Source: the human T2T-CHM13v2.0 reference genome, Homo sapiens
Strand: one strand, 5' to 3'
DNA length: 64,000 nucleotides
Assembly (NCBI RefSeq): GCF_009914755.1
Contig: NC_060931.1
Part shown: positions 16,625 through 31,194 of the stretch, in pieces
Position numbering within the stretch: position 1 is the stretch's first letter
Layout: every line of letters starts with the position of its first letter
Notes under the pieces: generated by a model
Databases searched by the model: none
What the model was told of the DNA's origin: nothing
What the model saw: the letters and a program-made list of their open reading frames with translations, nothing else
Translations under genes and position numbers: made by a program

Positions 16625-17183
16625 AAGAAAACAGTGAGTTACATTTTATCTTGATAGAATGTAAATGTAAATCCTTGAGTGGCTTATAGTCAAATATATT
16701 TCTCATTGATGTGAGGCAGTTTTCTTTCAAAACTATAACAGCTTTCTATAATAGCTTCAGACATGCACTACTATTTTTAGACCAAGTCTCATGGTGCTAT
16801 ATCACCTATCTAAAATATGTTTACAGAAAATATTTATATATTTACTCCTGAGTTCAAATAATATAAATGAGGCTCAGTCTATCTCAGATTTGTTATTCCC
16901 ATCTTCCTGTCTTCCGTTATAAGAACTTCCTCTCTCATAGTCACTGTGAAAATACCTTGTCTTTCAATATCTCCGTAATTTGAGCTTAGAACACAAATAA
17001 TATTTGTGTTAAATAACCAAAAACTTTTATCCTGATCTCACAGAGAGAAGTTTAAATGACAGAAGCATACGAAATGCACATTTTACTCTATAAAACAACA
17101 AAAAATAAAGCAATGAATTATAGATACAAGTTATTAAAGGGAATGATATGCAATATGTGAAAATATTTGATTGTTCCAATGGA

Positions 17184-17403
17184 ATATAAGAAAGGAAGAC
17201 TAATATATATATTAGTCTAATATAATAGATATAACTAATATATATAAATATATAATCAATATAAAAATATATAACATATATTAGTCTTATAAGTCTAATA
17301 TATAAGAAAGGAACACTAATATATGTATTACTCTAATATATATTAGCTTAATATATTATATTATATATAATTATATTTTATATATAATTATATTTTATAT
17401 ATA
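17184..17403. repeat. TA-rich low-complexity block with internal duplication and palindrome
   Basis: 41-nt unit at 17184-17224 repeated at 17300-17340; perfect palindrome at 17197-17218. Confidence 0.85.
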
Positions 17404-17737
17404 GGAAGACAAACTCAATAGTGCTAATAACTACATTAAATGTAAATGGACTAAACATTCCTATTAAGAGACAGAGAAGTCAGTATAAATTTTAAGAAAT
17501 GAGCCAAGAATATGCTTCTTACAGGAGACACACTTAAAATTTAAAGACACAAAGTTGAATGGAAAAAGTGTTACCATGCATTTACTAATCATAAAAAAGC
17601 TGTTATAACTATATTAATATCAGACAAAGCTGACTACAAACAAGGAATACTATCATACATAAAATGAAAGTTATATGATAAAGGGTCAATTCATCAAAAA
17701 GATGTAACAACATAAATATTAATTTAAAAAGAGTTTT

Positions 17738-17884
17738 ACATACCTGTAATCCAAACCCTCTGGAAAGCCAAGGCAGGAAGACTATTTGAGCCCGGAGTTC
17801 AAGGTTATAGTGAACTGTGACTGTGCCACTGCACTTCAGCCTAGGTGACCGAGCAAGACCCTGTCTCTGAAAAAAAAAAAAAAA
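17738..17884 (+). mobile_element. Alu right-arm monomer (FRAM/AluJ fragment)
   Basis: CCTGTAATCC...CCACTGCACTTCAGCCTAGGTGAC...poly-A. Confidence 0.85.
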
Positions 17885-18040
17885 TGTTTTAAATCAGGAA
17901 GAAAAATTGCCAGAACTAAAGAAAGAATAAGCCAAATTTGCAATAAAAGTAGGATTTTTATAGATGTTTATCACTCCTTTTTCACTAATTTATAAAACAA
18001 ATGGGTAAAATATGCATATAGAACATTTGAACAGCACTAT

Positions 18041-18416
18041 TGCCTTAGTACAAACTGCTATACAAAAGTATCATAGACTGGGTGGCTTAAAAGCAGCAGA
18101 AATTTTTTTCTTACAGTTCTGGAGGCTAAAAGTCTGATATCAGAGTATGTAAGTCTGAGATCAGGGCATGCTTGAGTTCTGGTGAGAGCCCTCTTCTAGG
18201 CTGCGGATTTCTAACTTCTCTTTGTATCCTCACATGGCAGAAAGAGAGCTAAAATCTTTCTGGGGTCTCCTTTATAAGGGCACTAATCTATTCAGGAGGG
18301 CTTCATCCTCATGACCTAATTACCTCCCAAAGGCCTCGTCTCTTATTACCATCATATTGGGGATTAGGATTTCAACATACTAATTTTGGGTAGACACAAA
18401 CATTCATTCCATTGTA
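18041..18416 (-). mobile_element. MaLR solo LTR, MLT1A0-like
   Basis: CATAGACTGGGTGGCTTAA...CAGTTCTGGAGGCT...CTCATGACCTAATTACCTCCCAAAGG. Confidence 0.85.
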
Positions 18417-19009
18417 GATATCAACCTACTGAACATATATTGACCCAACAAACTGCAGAATATATATGCATTTCAAATGCAGATAAAACATTCAGCAAAG
18501 TAAATATGCTGTGACATAAAACCATAATAATTTCAGAAGCTTGGTGTCAAATAGGGTATAGTTAAAGACAGTGGAATTAAATTTAATCAATAACAAAAAA
18601 GTCTAGATAACTCATTTATTTTTTGTGCTGAATAGTATATTAACAAAATATAATTTAAATCAATTAAAGATCAATTCCATTAACAATAGCATAAAAACAT
18701 AAAATGCCTAGAAATAAATATACCAAAAAATGTACAAGAACTCTGTTCCAAAAACCACAAAATATTGCTGGGAAAGATTAAGAAAACTTAAACACATGGA
18801 GAAGTATACAATGGTCATGGGTTGGGAGACTCAATAATGTAAAGATATTAATTCTTCCCTAAAGTTATCTATACATTCAATACAATTCCAATCAAAATTT
18901 CAGAACTTCCTATATAAATTGAAAACTGTTATAAAGATTTTGTATGAAAATACAACATAACCAGAATAGCCAAAACAATATTGATGAAGTTGAATAAACT
19001 TGGACTATT

Positions 19010-20713
<1,704 letters not shown>

Positions 20714-20877
20714 ATTTAACTAAGTTTACGCCTTCTTATAAAGATATACAGTATAGCATATAAGAGTGTGTTCCTTAGTACTGACTGGTGTAGAATAAAT
20801 AAATAGGTCAGTGGAACAGAGTAGAGAGCCTAGAAATAGACCTAAATATATATAGTCAATTTAGTTTTGAAAAGATG

Positions 20878-21169
20878 GGCTGTGTGTGATGACTCTTGCC
20901 GCCTGTAATCCTGGCACTTTGGGAGGCAGAGGCAGGAGGATCATTTGAGCCCAGGAGTTCAAGACCAGCCTGGCCAATGTAGTGAAACCCTAGTCTCTAC
21001 AAAAATAAAAATAAATTAACCAAGCATGGTGGCTTATAGCTATAGTCCCAGGTACTCCAGAGGCTGAAGTGGGAAGATTGTTTGAGCCCAGGAGGTTGAG
21101 ATTGAGTGGGTGGTGATCACACCACTGTACTCCATTCTGTGTGACACAGTGAGACTATCTCAAAAAAAA
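20878..21169 (+). mobile_element. AluJ-type
   Basis: Diverged dimeric Alu, GGAGGATCATTTGAGCCCAGGAG. Confidence 0.9.
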
Positions 21170-21736
21170 TTTTTTTAAGGAAAAAGTCTTTTCAAAAATT
21201 GCATAAGCAAACTGAGTAAGCATGTGAAAAAAAAAATAAACCTCAACCGAAACCTCACACTATACCTTCATGAGGTAAACTGTCAGCCTACTGTAAAAGC
21301 TAAGACTATAAAGCCCCCAGAAGGAAAAGACGGGGAAATATCTTTGTAAACATAGGAGACAAAGATTTTGTAGAAATAAAAAAAAATGATAAACTAGACT
21401 TAATCAAAATTTTTAAAAATTTGCTCAACAATATAAACTACTATAAACATAAAAAAATCAAGCCATAGGCTAGGAGAAAATATTTGCAATTAACATGTCA
21501 AAAAAGACTAAGACTTGTATCAATCAACAATATATAAAGAACTATAAAATAATAATCTAAAGACAAAAAACTCCATGTGTTCCCTTAAAATAAAGAACAA
21601 TTAAAATGGGCAGGAGACTTCAAAAAGATGTGTGAATGATCAGAGGCATTTTTTAATCAAGGAAATGCAAATTAGCATCACAATGAGGTATTATTTAACA
21701 AACACCCACTGAAATTTCCAAGATTATATATGTAGG

Positions 21737-21803
21737 TATACACACACACACACACACACACACGTATATATATACACATACACACACATACACATACACA
21801 CAT
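21737..21803. repeat. (CA)n/(TA)n compound microsatellite
   Basis: Direct reading. Confidence 0.9.
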
Positions 21804-23390
21804 GCTCAAATAACTCCAAATGTTGGGCAGAATACAGAATACAATTGGAACTCCCTCATGTATTGCCTCTGAGTATTTAAATGGTTGCAACCGCCTTAGA
21901 AAGTGCTTTTTAAATTTTCGCTAAACAGTAAAGAGAAATCTACCTAATGATTCATCAGTTTTTCTCCTGCGTATTTAGAGGGGAGAAATTAAAGCATGCT
22001 CTACAAAAAGTCTTATACAATATTCATAGCAGCTTTTTCCCTAATAGCCTAAAACTAAAAACAATCCATGTATATGAACAAGTGAATGGATAAATAAATA
22101 ATGATACATTTATCCTACTCAGAAATTAAGAAAAATAACTGATACAGGATGACTCTCAAAAACTATACTGAACAAGAGAATTCTAACAAAAGGGTATGCA
22201 CAATGTATTTCCCATTTTTATGAAATTCTACAGCAGCAAAACTAAACTATGATAGAAATCAGAACAGTGGTTGTCCATTGTCAGAGAGGTGGGAAAAGGT
22301 CAGGAGGGAACTTTCTATGTTTGTGGAAATGTTTTATATTTTGATTAACCTAATGATTATCTGGGTGTATACATATACCTACAATCTGTGCCTTTTATCG
22401 TACTTAAGTTATATCTCAGTTTGAGAAATCTAATCATATGGAGCTCTGGCTTCTAGGATTTACCTACCGGAGTGAGGAACATCAAGAAAATACACTACCT
22501 TTGTTTTGTCCAGGAATCCCAAAAATAAGTTTACTCCATAGGATTTAATGTTAATAACCCTTTACAGCAATCCAGTACATAGAGTTTTAAAATATACATA
22601 ATTCCCTTTTTTGCCTTAATATAAATCCTTGAAGTAAGCAAGCAGACATCATTATTCCACATCATAATTAAGGCAATTAAGGCTAATAAGCAGGACATAG
22701 AATTAGAAGGAGAACCTGTTTTCTGATCACTAACTGATCCAACTCTCATTTCACTGTATCTAAACAGAACAGTTGCCTCCTTAAGGTATTAATTAACCCT
22801 ATTTAGTGATCGCCCACTGACCTGCTGGCTGAGCTCTTGGTTTATAAAGATAAACAACACAAGATATCTGTCTTCAAGGAAATTGTCATCTATATTGACT
22901 CTGCTATATAGTACACTGGAAGATACATGTTTTCAAAGCACTGTACAGAAATTCAGATGTAAAACCATTTTCTAAATTATCTAATGTGCTGAAAATTAAA
23001 TTAGACATCTTGATCAATATATAATCTATCAAAATATTCCTCTAAGAAAAATCTTCAGACTTTTAATTCGCCACTCATCTAACTGCTCGAACCTTGAATA
23101 GTAGTTTTTACTCCAACAGACCAACACACTAAATGTGTGCCTTTATTTCTCAACTGGAAGTAGAGGCCTCAAAACCTCAGAAAGGAAACATTTGGTTTGG
23201 CCTTTTTTTAGCTGTCCTCATTGAGAATATACAGACAGCTATGAGAAGCAAGGATCCTGTTAAGTTTCCATAAAACCACCAACTCTGACACCAAAGAACA
23301 ATTTGTTCCTTTTGTTGGTTTTCACAGTCCCTGAAACTTGAAGGTGATGACAGGAAGAAAGGCTCATCAATAAAGAAATGAGAAAGTTAC

Positions 23391-23435
23391 CTTAGAATAA
23401 TTAGAAGGTTGGTTCTCCTGTAGAATATTTTTTAT
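23391..23435 (-). other. Candidate 45-nt internal exon (IKNILQENQPSNYSK in phase 0)
   Basis: Minus strand attttctttattag|ATAAAA...CTAAG|gtaact; apparently unique DNA; no transcript evidence. Confidence 0.25.
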
Positions 23436-24392
23436 CTAATAAAGAAAATAGTTTCAATTTCACTGTGAAAATTAAAACAATTTTAAGTCTTTTGAAATGA
23501 ACTAATAATATCATTCAGCCATAATATTTATTTTTCATTACTGTATGTCCTAAAGTTTAGGACTACCATGCTTAATTTTGCATTTTAAATTAACAGAACA
23601 GGATAAATATACATATAGTAACTTTTTTTTCTTATTTGGACATATTAAAATTCATAGCTTTTAATCTAGGAAAAATAAAAGATGTTAATACTTGATATGG
23701 GCTTTGTGACAAATTACAAATTCCCCAAATTATTCTGTAAATAGTGAGATGTGGAGCAACTAAAATCCTCACTTGAAACTTTAATGATGTCAGCAGTAAG
23801 TCTTATTTAACATTTCAGATGAGGTTAATATATTTTAATCCATTTTTATATAAAATATAATTTGCAATTAGTCTGTAGAATAAAAAACATTTAAAGTCTA
23901 GAAATTTAATAATAAAAATAACAAAACATGAGAATAATAGGACATATTTACATAGTACTCAATAAGAAAAGCAACTGGTGTTTGAATTATAAATTTTAAT
24001 CAGAAATGACTATAAATGTGTTGAATAACTTGTTAAATCTTGTAGCCAGCCTGAATGAGAAACTCTGATCAAAAGAAGAACCCAGTTTCCATTCCTGGTT
24101 TTACCACTAATTAGATGTGTGGTCTTGGGTAAAAATAGAGAACTTTAGAATGAGATGAGGACTCAAAGGCCTCAGTGAAGACATTTTCTCCAATAGAGAG
24201 GACCGTAACAGCTGATCTTACAGCCTCTGCTTTCACACTTATGTTGACAAAAACTCACTCCTTCATGAAGCAGACAGTGTTTTCTATAAATTACCTGTGA
24301 TTACTTCAGTTTAAATACAGTGATATAAATGTGCATGTCTCCTATGGATAATTAGTTAACTGGAAGAATCCTAATCAAGACCATACACCCTG

Positions 24393-24698
24393 GGCCAGGC
24401 ACAGTGGTTTACTCCTATAATTCCAGCATTTTGTGGGGATGAGGCGGGAAGATAGCTTGAAGCCAGGAGGTCCAGATCCCCATCTCTACAAAGTTTTCTA
24501 AAAAAAAAAAAAAAAAAAAAAATAGCTAGGCGTGATGGCATATAGCTGTAGCCCTAACTACTCTGGAGGCTGAGGCAGGAGGATCCCTTTGAGTGCAGGA
24601 GTTCGAGGCTGCAGTGAGCTAGGGTTGCACCACTCCAGCCTGAGTGACAGTGCAAGACTCTCTCTCTTACTGAAAAACAAACAAACAAACAAACAAAA
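24393..24698 (+). mobile_element. AluJ-type with internal deletion, long middle A tract and (AAAC)n tail
   Basis: GGCCAGGCACAGTGG start, GAGTTCGAGGCTGCAGTGAGCTA right arm. Confidence 0.9.
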
Positions 24699-25409
24699 CT
24701 TCACACTCTACGGATGATTAACTACTACCTGGAAAATCCTAATCAGAATCTCACACTGTAGAATTATGGTCATAATCAATTCAATTGTCTTGAGTCATTA
24801 TCCCTGCTCAGTGTAAGATGGTTTGCTAATCAGTCTAAGGAAAGTTAGTAGTGCTTTTTCTGTGATAAAATGAGTATTGCCTCAGATGACATGGACTTAT
24901 CACTTCTCCTACTGATTGAATAGGACATACCAACCTTGGTTGAATCCTTCAAAATAGTGTCTTACGTTTCAGGTTATAATCTCCCATGCTGACTAGCAAA
25001 CTAACATAATTCTGCTACTGGAATATTGTCCCATTTACCACATGGTACTTTCATTTAAGCTCATTGTAAGAGTGCCCCCCCACCCAAAAAAAAAAAAAAA
25101 CTTCATCAGGTTTGCTGATGAAGGTCGAATGCCTGATTTGTGTGTGCTTGCTAATAAATACATGTGTGGCAGAATTCAGCCTGGGAGTTGCTTTTATTGT
25201 AACACACCAAATGGTAGCAGGGTGCTGCAGGCTGTAGATATCTAACCAAAGGAACCCAATCTTTCTGAAATTCATTTAGGTAGATTCACAACAGCAGGCC
25301 ATTCTGTTTTTATGTTTGTATTAATGTCTCGGAATACCATTTATTAATCTGCAAAGAGAATATCCAATTTGAAGTAGACTAGACCATGTAAATTAGCTGA
25401 TGAACACAT

Positions 25410-25510
25410 GAAATATCCTTTGTATTGAGCTGACACAAACTTCTATAAAACTTCTATGCATTTGTCATGGTTTTTGCCTTCTGGGCCACACACATGAACT
25501 TAATCCTTCT
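25410..25510 (-). mobile_element. CR1/L3 remnant
   Basis: TCCTTTGTATTGAGCTGA...TTTGCCTTCTGGGCCACAC resembles recalled L3; similar piece near 24200-24275. Confidence 0.4.
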
Positions 25511-26049
25511 AAAGTAGGGCTAAATTTTTAAATATAAACTCAAAGTAGAAGACCCAGAACATGACTTAATTTTCTATTCTGGCTTAGACTTCGCTTGCCA
25601 GAACAGCATAAAATTCCATCTCAGTCAGTTTGAGTGCTTGCCCTTTCCAAGTCTTGTGAAAACCCCAGAGTCTTACAAAAGCCTATTCAGGGAGTGCTTT
25701 CTGGTCTTTAGTTCATATTTGTCTCTTCTAATTTACTCACTATTTAAGACCAACCCATCCCTTGAAAGAGGCTACTCCTGTGCAAAGTGGAGAACCTGGC
25801 ATCCTTGCCATAGCTCACAGGCCTGGTGCTTATATTGTAGGAGCTCTCTAGTTGCACCAGGTCATTTTACTCTGACATTCCGCCACTGCCCTGGAACGTC
25901 GCACCTTGGGAATCTCTGCTATTGACAGAGCCATGTCATGGCCCTCTTCCTACTATTGAGGAAGCAATCCCAGCTAGATTTCTGCTTCCCCACCTCCAAC
26001 AAATGTGACCTTATATACAAGCACATGCACACCAATTATCTTCATGCCA

Positions 26050-26630
26050 TGATGTTTCCTCACATTCTTTCCAATCAGTTCCTACTGCCATCCTCCAGAG
26101 GCAGTCACTGCTCTGATTTTTTTTTAATCATAGAATAGTTGTGCCTACTCCAAAATTTGTGTAAATACAACCGTGTACGTAGAATCATATGAAATGTACT
26201 GTATGTTTGTGGAAGGCTTCTTTCACTCGGCAACACGTCATGATTCATCCATACTATTTGCATCAGAAAGTCATTCCTTTTGATACTGCTATAGTGGTAT
26301 TCCATGATATGCATATACCAAGTTTTAGTCATTCTCCTGTTAATTGACAATTAGGTGATCAGCAGTTTTAAACTACTATGAAAAGTGTATTTGTAAACTT
26401 AAATTGTTTTTTAGCTAAATGTATTGGGGTGGCATTGTAGGGTCACTGGGTAGGTACATGTTCAATTCTATAAGAAATTGCCAAAATATTTTCAAAAGCG
26501 GTTGCACCATTTTACATTCTGACTAAAAAATGAGTAGCTCCATATCTCCATCCACATCTGGTGTTGTCGGTCTATATAGCTTTAACCTTTATACTGGGTG
26601 TGTAAAGCATCTCATTGTGGCTTAAAGTCA
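26050..26630 (-). mobile_element. Ancient L1 3' region (L1ME-like)
   Basis: GGCTTCTTTCACTCGGCAAC...GATTCATCCAT...GTATTCCATGATATG...ATCTCATTGTGG. Confidence 0.75.
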
Positions 26631-26779
26631 TTCTTGTCTCATATATTTCAGTGCTTCTTAGTATTATTAACTTCAACATTAAGCAATAATGAAACCATCT
26701 CTTGTGTATCCAAGTTTTAAATCAATAACTTGAAAGAAGCAATCAACTTGGGAAAAGATGCATATACATGCCTACTCCT

Positions 26780-27270
26780 ACTGCTTGCAAGGGCTGGAAA
26801 AGGGGTATAAATGGAAATCAACATATGACAGTCTAATATTTAAAAGTTCTAACTTGAGCTGGCAAACTCTTATGTAACAGGTTTTATCCTCTTACCTTAA
26901 TATATCTATCTGCAGAGTGATCTAGGAGGGCAAACTCACAGTTCACACCCGAGTGTAGATGTGTGAGGAGGCCAAGCCAAAGCCTTCTGACCTCCAGATT
27001 CCCAGTCTGGCTCCTCTCCACCCACCAGAAGGTTACCCAGTGCACACCCTTGTGGACTGTCCAGATAAGGCATCTGAGCTTTGTTCCTATTTCCATACGC
27101 AGCTTCCCCTGAGCCATCCTTGGGTCTAGTGAGGAACATGTCAGTGTGATCATCTGGAGGGTGAGCCAAAAGGTGGACTTTGGTGGGCGTGTTGTTTCAG
27201 CCCCACCCAAATCCTTGCTCTTTGGAAGAAATGTGGCCAGAGGCACAGACTCCTTTAAGTAAATCTGAGC
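26780..27270 (+). mobile_element. hAT-Tip100 element, MER115-like
   Basis: TATAAATGGAAATCAACATA...GTCTAATATTTAAAAGTT...TTTTATCCTCTTACCTT followed by a GC-richer body, as in recalled MER115. Confidence 0.6.
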
Positions 27271-27738
27271 ATAGTAGAGTGGGCACACCCATTTTATTCG
27301 CTACTGAAGTTTCATTTCACTACTTGCCTTAGAGACATGAATTTTGTACGGGGCCACCATGGTTGCAATAGTGGCAGATCCTGAACAAACCTCTTATTTC
27401 CTCAGCCACCTTGTGTTCCCCCAGCACTTGGCTGAGATGAATGTGATATTTTCACAAGGAAACAAAAAAGGAACAACAAAACTAACAAACAGATTGCAAA
27501 AGCATAGAAATAGATGTTGATCTATCTCAGATAATGTTTTATGGCTAACGTGTAGAAATATATTAGTGAAACAGTCAAAACCTAAATAACAAGAGGAAAA
27601 GAACACATACTCCCACAAGCAGGCACACACACACACCCCTACCAAAATTATATACAGTTGAATTAGAAATGCTTCAGAAAACATTTATTCATAATGGTTA
27701 AATTTATAAAACACTATATCCAGTAGTCACTGCTCTAA

Positions 27739-28117
<379 letters not shown>

Positions 28118-28490
28118 ATTTTCATCTCCATTTTAGAGATGTGGAAACTGAGGATCAGAGAGATTAGGGTAAAAAGATTGTTACATTTACTTGCTAGGGA
28201 GTGGCATAGGCAACATTCAAATCCAGACAGTCTGGCAGTGGAGTCCACAGGCCTGGCCAGGAGGCTATGCTGGGTAGGTCTACTATGTGTTAGGCATTTT
28301 ATGAGGTGTTTTATATAGATTAGCTAATTCAAACTGTGACATAGGTATAATTATCTCTGCTTGGCAGATGAGAAAACAGAGGTTAACTAATTTGCCAAAA
28401 TTATAAAACTAGTAAATGGCTAAGCTGGATTTTACTAACTTGCCAAAGTTATATAACTAATAAGTGGCTGAGCTCGGTTTTAAAACTTGA
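28118..28490 (-). mobile_element. Two adjacent MIR remnants
   Basis: CATTTTAGAGATGTGGAAACTGAGG at ~28129 and CAGATGAGAAAACAGAGG at ~28365. Confidence 0.75.
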
Positions 28491-29537
28491 TTAAATTATG
28501 TTCAGGACACATTGCCTATGAAGGCAACATGTAATATTTTAAAGAATTAAAAATAATTTTCTTTTCATTTTTGATTTACACATCAAGGAATAGGATTCAA
28601 GTATCTGAGCTTTTTTTTTTTTTTTTTTCCATGGTGCTCCTTGTCCTTTAACAATGCCTGATAAATGAGTCATTACCATACCTCACTACACACAGGGGAG
28701 ATGTGATTTAATTTCCAGTCTATAGCCAACACCAAACCTGGGGTTTTGAAGGGTGCATTACAACTGGCTTTAAATGTACTTGATTTTTCTCCAGGAGAAA
28801 AAAAATCTTCTTAGACATAGAAAGAAATATATCCATTAAGTATCAAACACTATTTCATTTCTATGTAAATCTATGGATAAGATAACTTAGTGATTTCATA
28901 TTTCCCTGTGAATGCAATAAAATCTGATGGAAACCAAAGAAAAAATATCTACACCAAATCTTTCAATATGCATTCCTCAGTACATTCCAGAGCTTGGAGC
29001 ACATGCAGGAAAGTATGGAAAAAATGACTGCCTGTGTTCTTCTACTTAGATTTAATTTTCCTTTTGAGCCTTTAGTGTGAGCATAGGTGTGGTGTTTTAT
29101 TGTACATTTGTCACATGTTTCCAAGTTGCCACTGAATTAAGCATGTGCTTCTTGAATATAAGAGGAATTGAAACAGAAAAATTTCTTAAAGGAACCATTG
29201 CACTCTCTGTTCCTAAATAGAGAAATATCTGCACATTTAAGCATAAAATGGAGAGACTTTTATGCTTGCAACCATACTCACAATGCCCTACTTTTATAAT
29301 AGTGGGTCTTACTCGAAGAAACATTCATTAACTAATTATTGTGGTTAAATTATGCTTCAGGGTCTTCACAAAAAAAAATCCACTTTTCACAGATCTTGAA
29401 ATCCTGGAAGTTCTAAAAAGAAAGTAGTTCCACAAATGGGAATTGCCAGTAGCATTTAAGGGCTGGTGATTAGAAAAAGAAAAGCAAATACAATCATAGG
29501 TAACTCCATGACTCTTTTAAAATAGAAAAGTCTCTCT

Positions 29538-29862
<325 letters not shown>

Positions 29863-30205
29863 TATTAAAATAGAAATGTCTGTAACATCTCTCCAATTGA
29901 GAATGCAGTATCAGTATGGGTCTACGTTTACTAAGCATGCCAACATTGTTGCTGTTCTGTGTGACTATTAATGGATGTGTTTCTCTCAACCGTATTATAA
30001 ATGTCAATGTATATCGTCACAAGATTTATCTGTGCTGTTTGGTTAGCTTTTGGAACTTGACTTTCCAAGATTGCTTCAGCAATGAATGGGAGGCACATGG
30101 TGAGAATGGACCCCACACAGCTTTTGGTACCAAAGCCTGGGCACAGCCCACACATAGCAGGAAGCTACTCTCACATATTTGGCAGTCCTGCTGGGGCATG
30201 GAGCC

Positions 30206-30421
30206 ATGGGCAACCTGGCTGCCCCAAGTCCTTCCCTAAATGAGAGGGTCTCCTTGGAAGTATGCAAGCCAACATCTCCAGTGGCAAAGCTTAGAAATAA
30301 ATTCTTGGAGCAAAAGGAGATGAGAAGGAAAACAAACACATTGCAGTCTCTTGGCCGGCATCAACAGTGGGTGAAGAAATCCTTTAACTTGGTAGTTTGG
30401 AAACAGGGGCATTCAAGGTGA
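30206..30421 (+). CDS. Hypothetical 71-aa smORF or coding first exon (MGNLAAPSPS...)
   Basis: GAGCCATGG Kozak context, Gly at position 2, non-repeat GC-richer patch; no homology recognised. Confidence 0.12.
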   Translation: MGNLAAPSPSLNERVSLEVCKPTSPVAKLRNKFLEQKEMRRKTNTLQSLGRHQQWVKKSFNLVVWKQGHSR

Positions 30422-30649
30422 AGAATATTTTTCTATTGTTCAGTGATTGAATTCTGTCCTGCTTTGATTTGTGATTTATAGTGTACTGTGTTTTTTATTG
30501 CTGTTGTTTGTGGCTTTTTTTCTTTAAGAAACAAAACCACATCCAATAGGAAATGACAATAGACGATTACCTTCCAGATTTTAATAAAGTTATGCAGAGG
30601 GTATTTCTAATGAACTTTAAAACATTTTATGGAAGGAAATACAATATCT

Positions 30650-30888
30650 TAAGAATCTGCTATGTGCTAGACAGTAGGTTAAGTGTTTAACAAATTATTT
30701 CATTTGGTTCTCATAATTAAACTGATAAAATATTTATTTTTATCTCTGTCTTGTTGATGTAGAATTTAAGGTACAATGAAGTAAACTGACAAGCTCATAG
30801 TCATCCAGCCACAAATGTGATTTTAGGAACTCAAACTTCAGCTCTACCTTTGTTTGACAAAGAAATCCATTCTGTGTTACCACACTAT
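30650..30888 (-). mobile_element. MIR remnant
   Basis: Degenerate near full-length antisense MIR. Confidence 0.55.
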
Positions 30889-31127
30889 AAAGCAAATTGC
30901 ATACATTTTCTCCTCATTTTTAATTACTAATTTTGTCACATAAGAATATCTTATACAAAATATGAATTTAGGTATTTTCCAGAAATCTCCATTGTCAATT
31001 GTATAATTTTATTTTAACAGGATTTCTTAGAGATATGTTTTCAACCTATCTGGTTACATGATTCAAATTGAACATTATTACACAGAATCAAAAAATAATT
31101 AAATTACAAGACTACCTAGGGAATGTC

Positions 31128-31194
31128 CTGTTCTGCAATGTCCATGGTCATCACTAGCCACATGTGGCCATTTAAATTTAAATTAATTAAAACT
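31128..31194 (-). mobile_element. MER3 (hAT-Charlie MITE), left part
   Basis: CACTAGCCACATGTGGCCATTTAAATTTAAATTAATTAAAA. Confidence 0.8.

Noticed and set aside
26884-27288. 134-aa minus-strand ORF
   Set aside because: Falls in the MER115-like element; no recognisable domain
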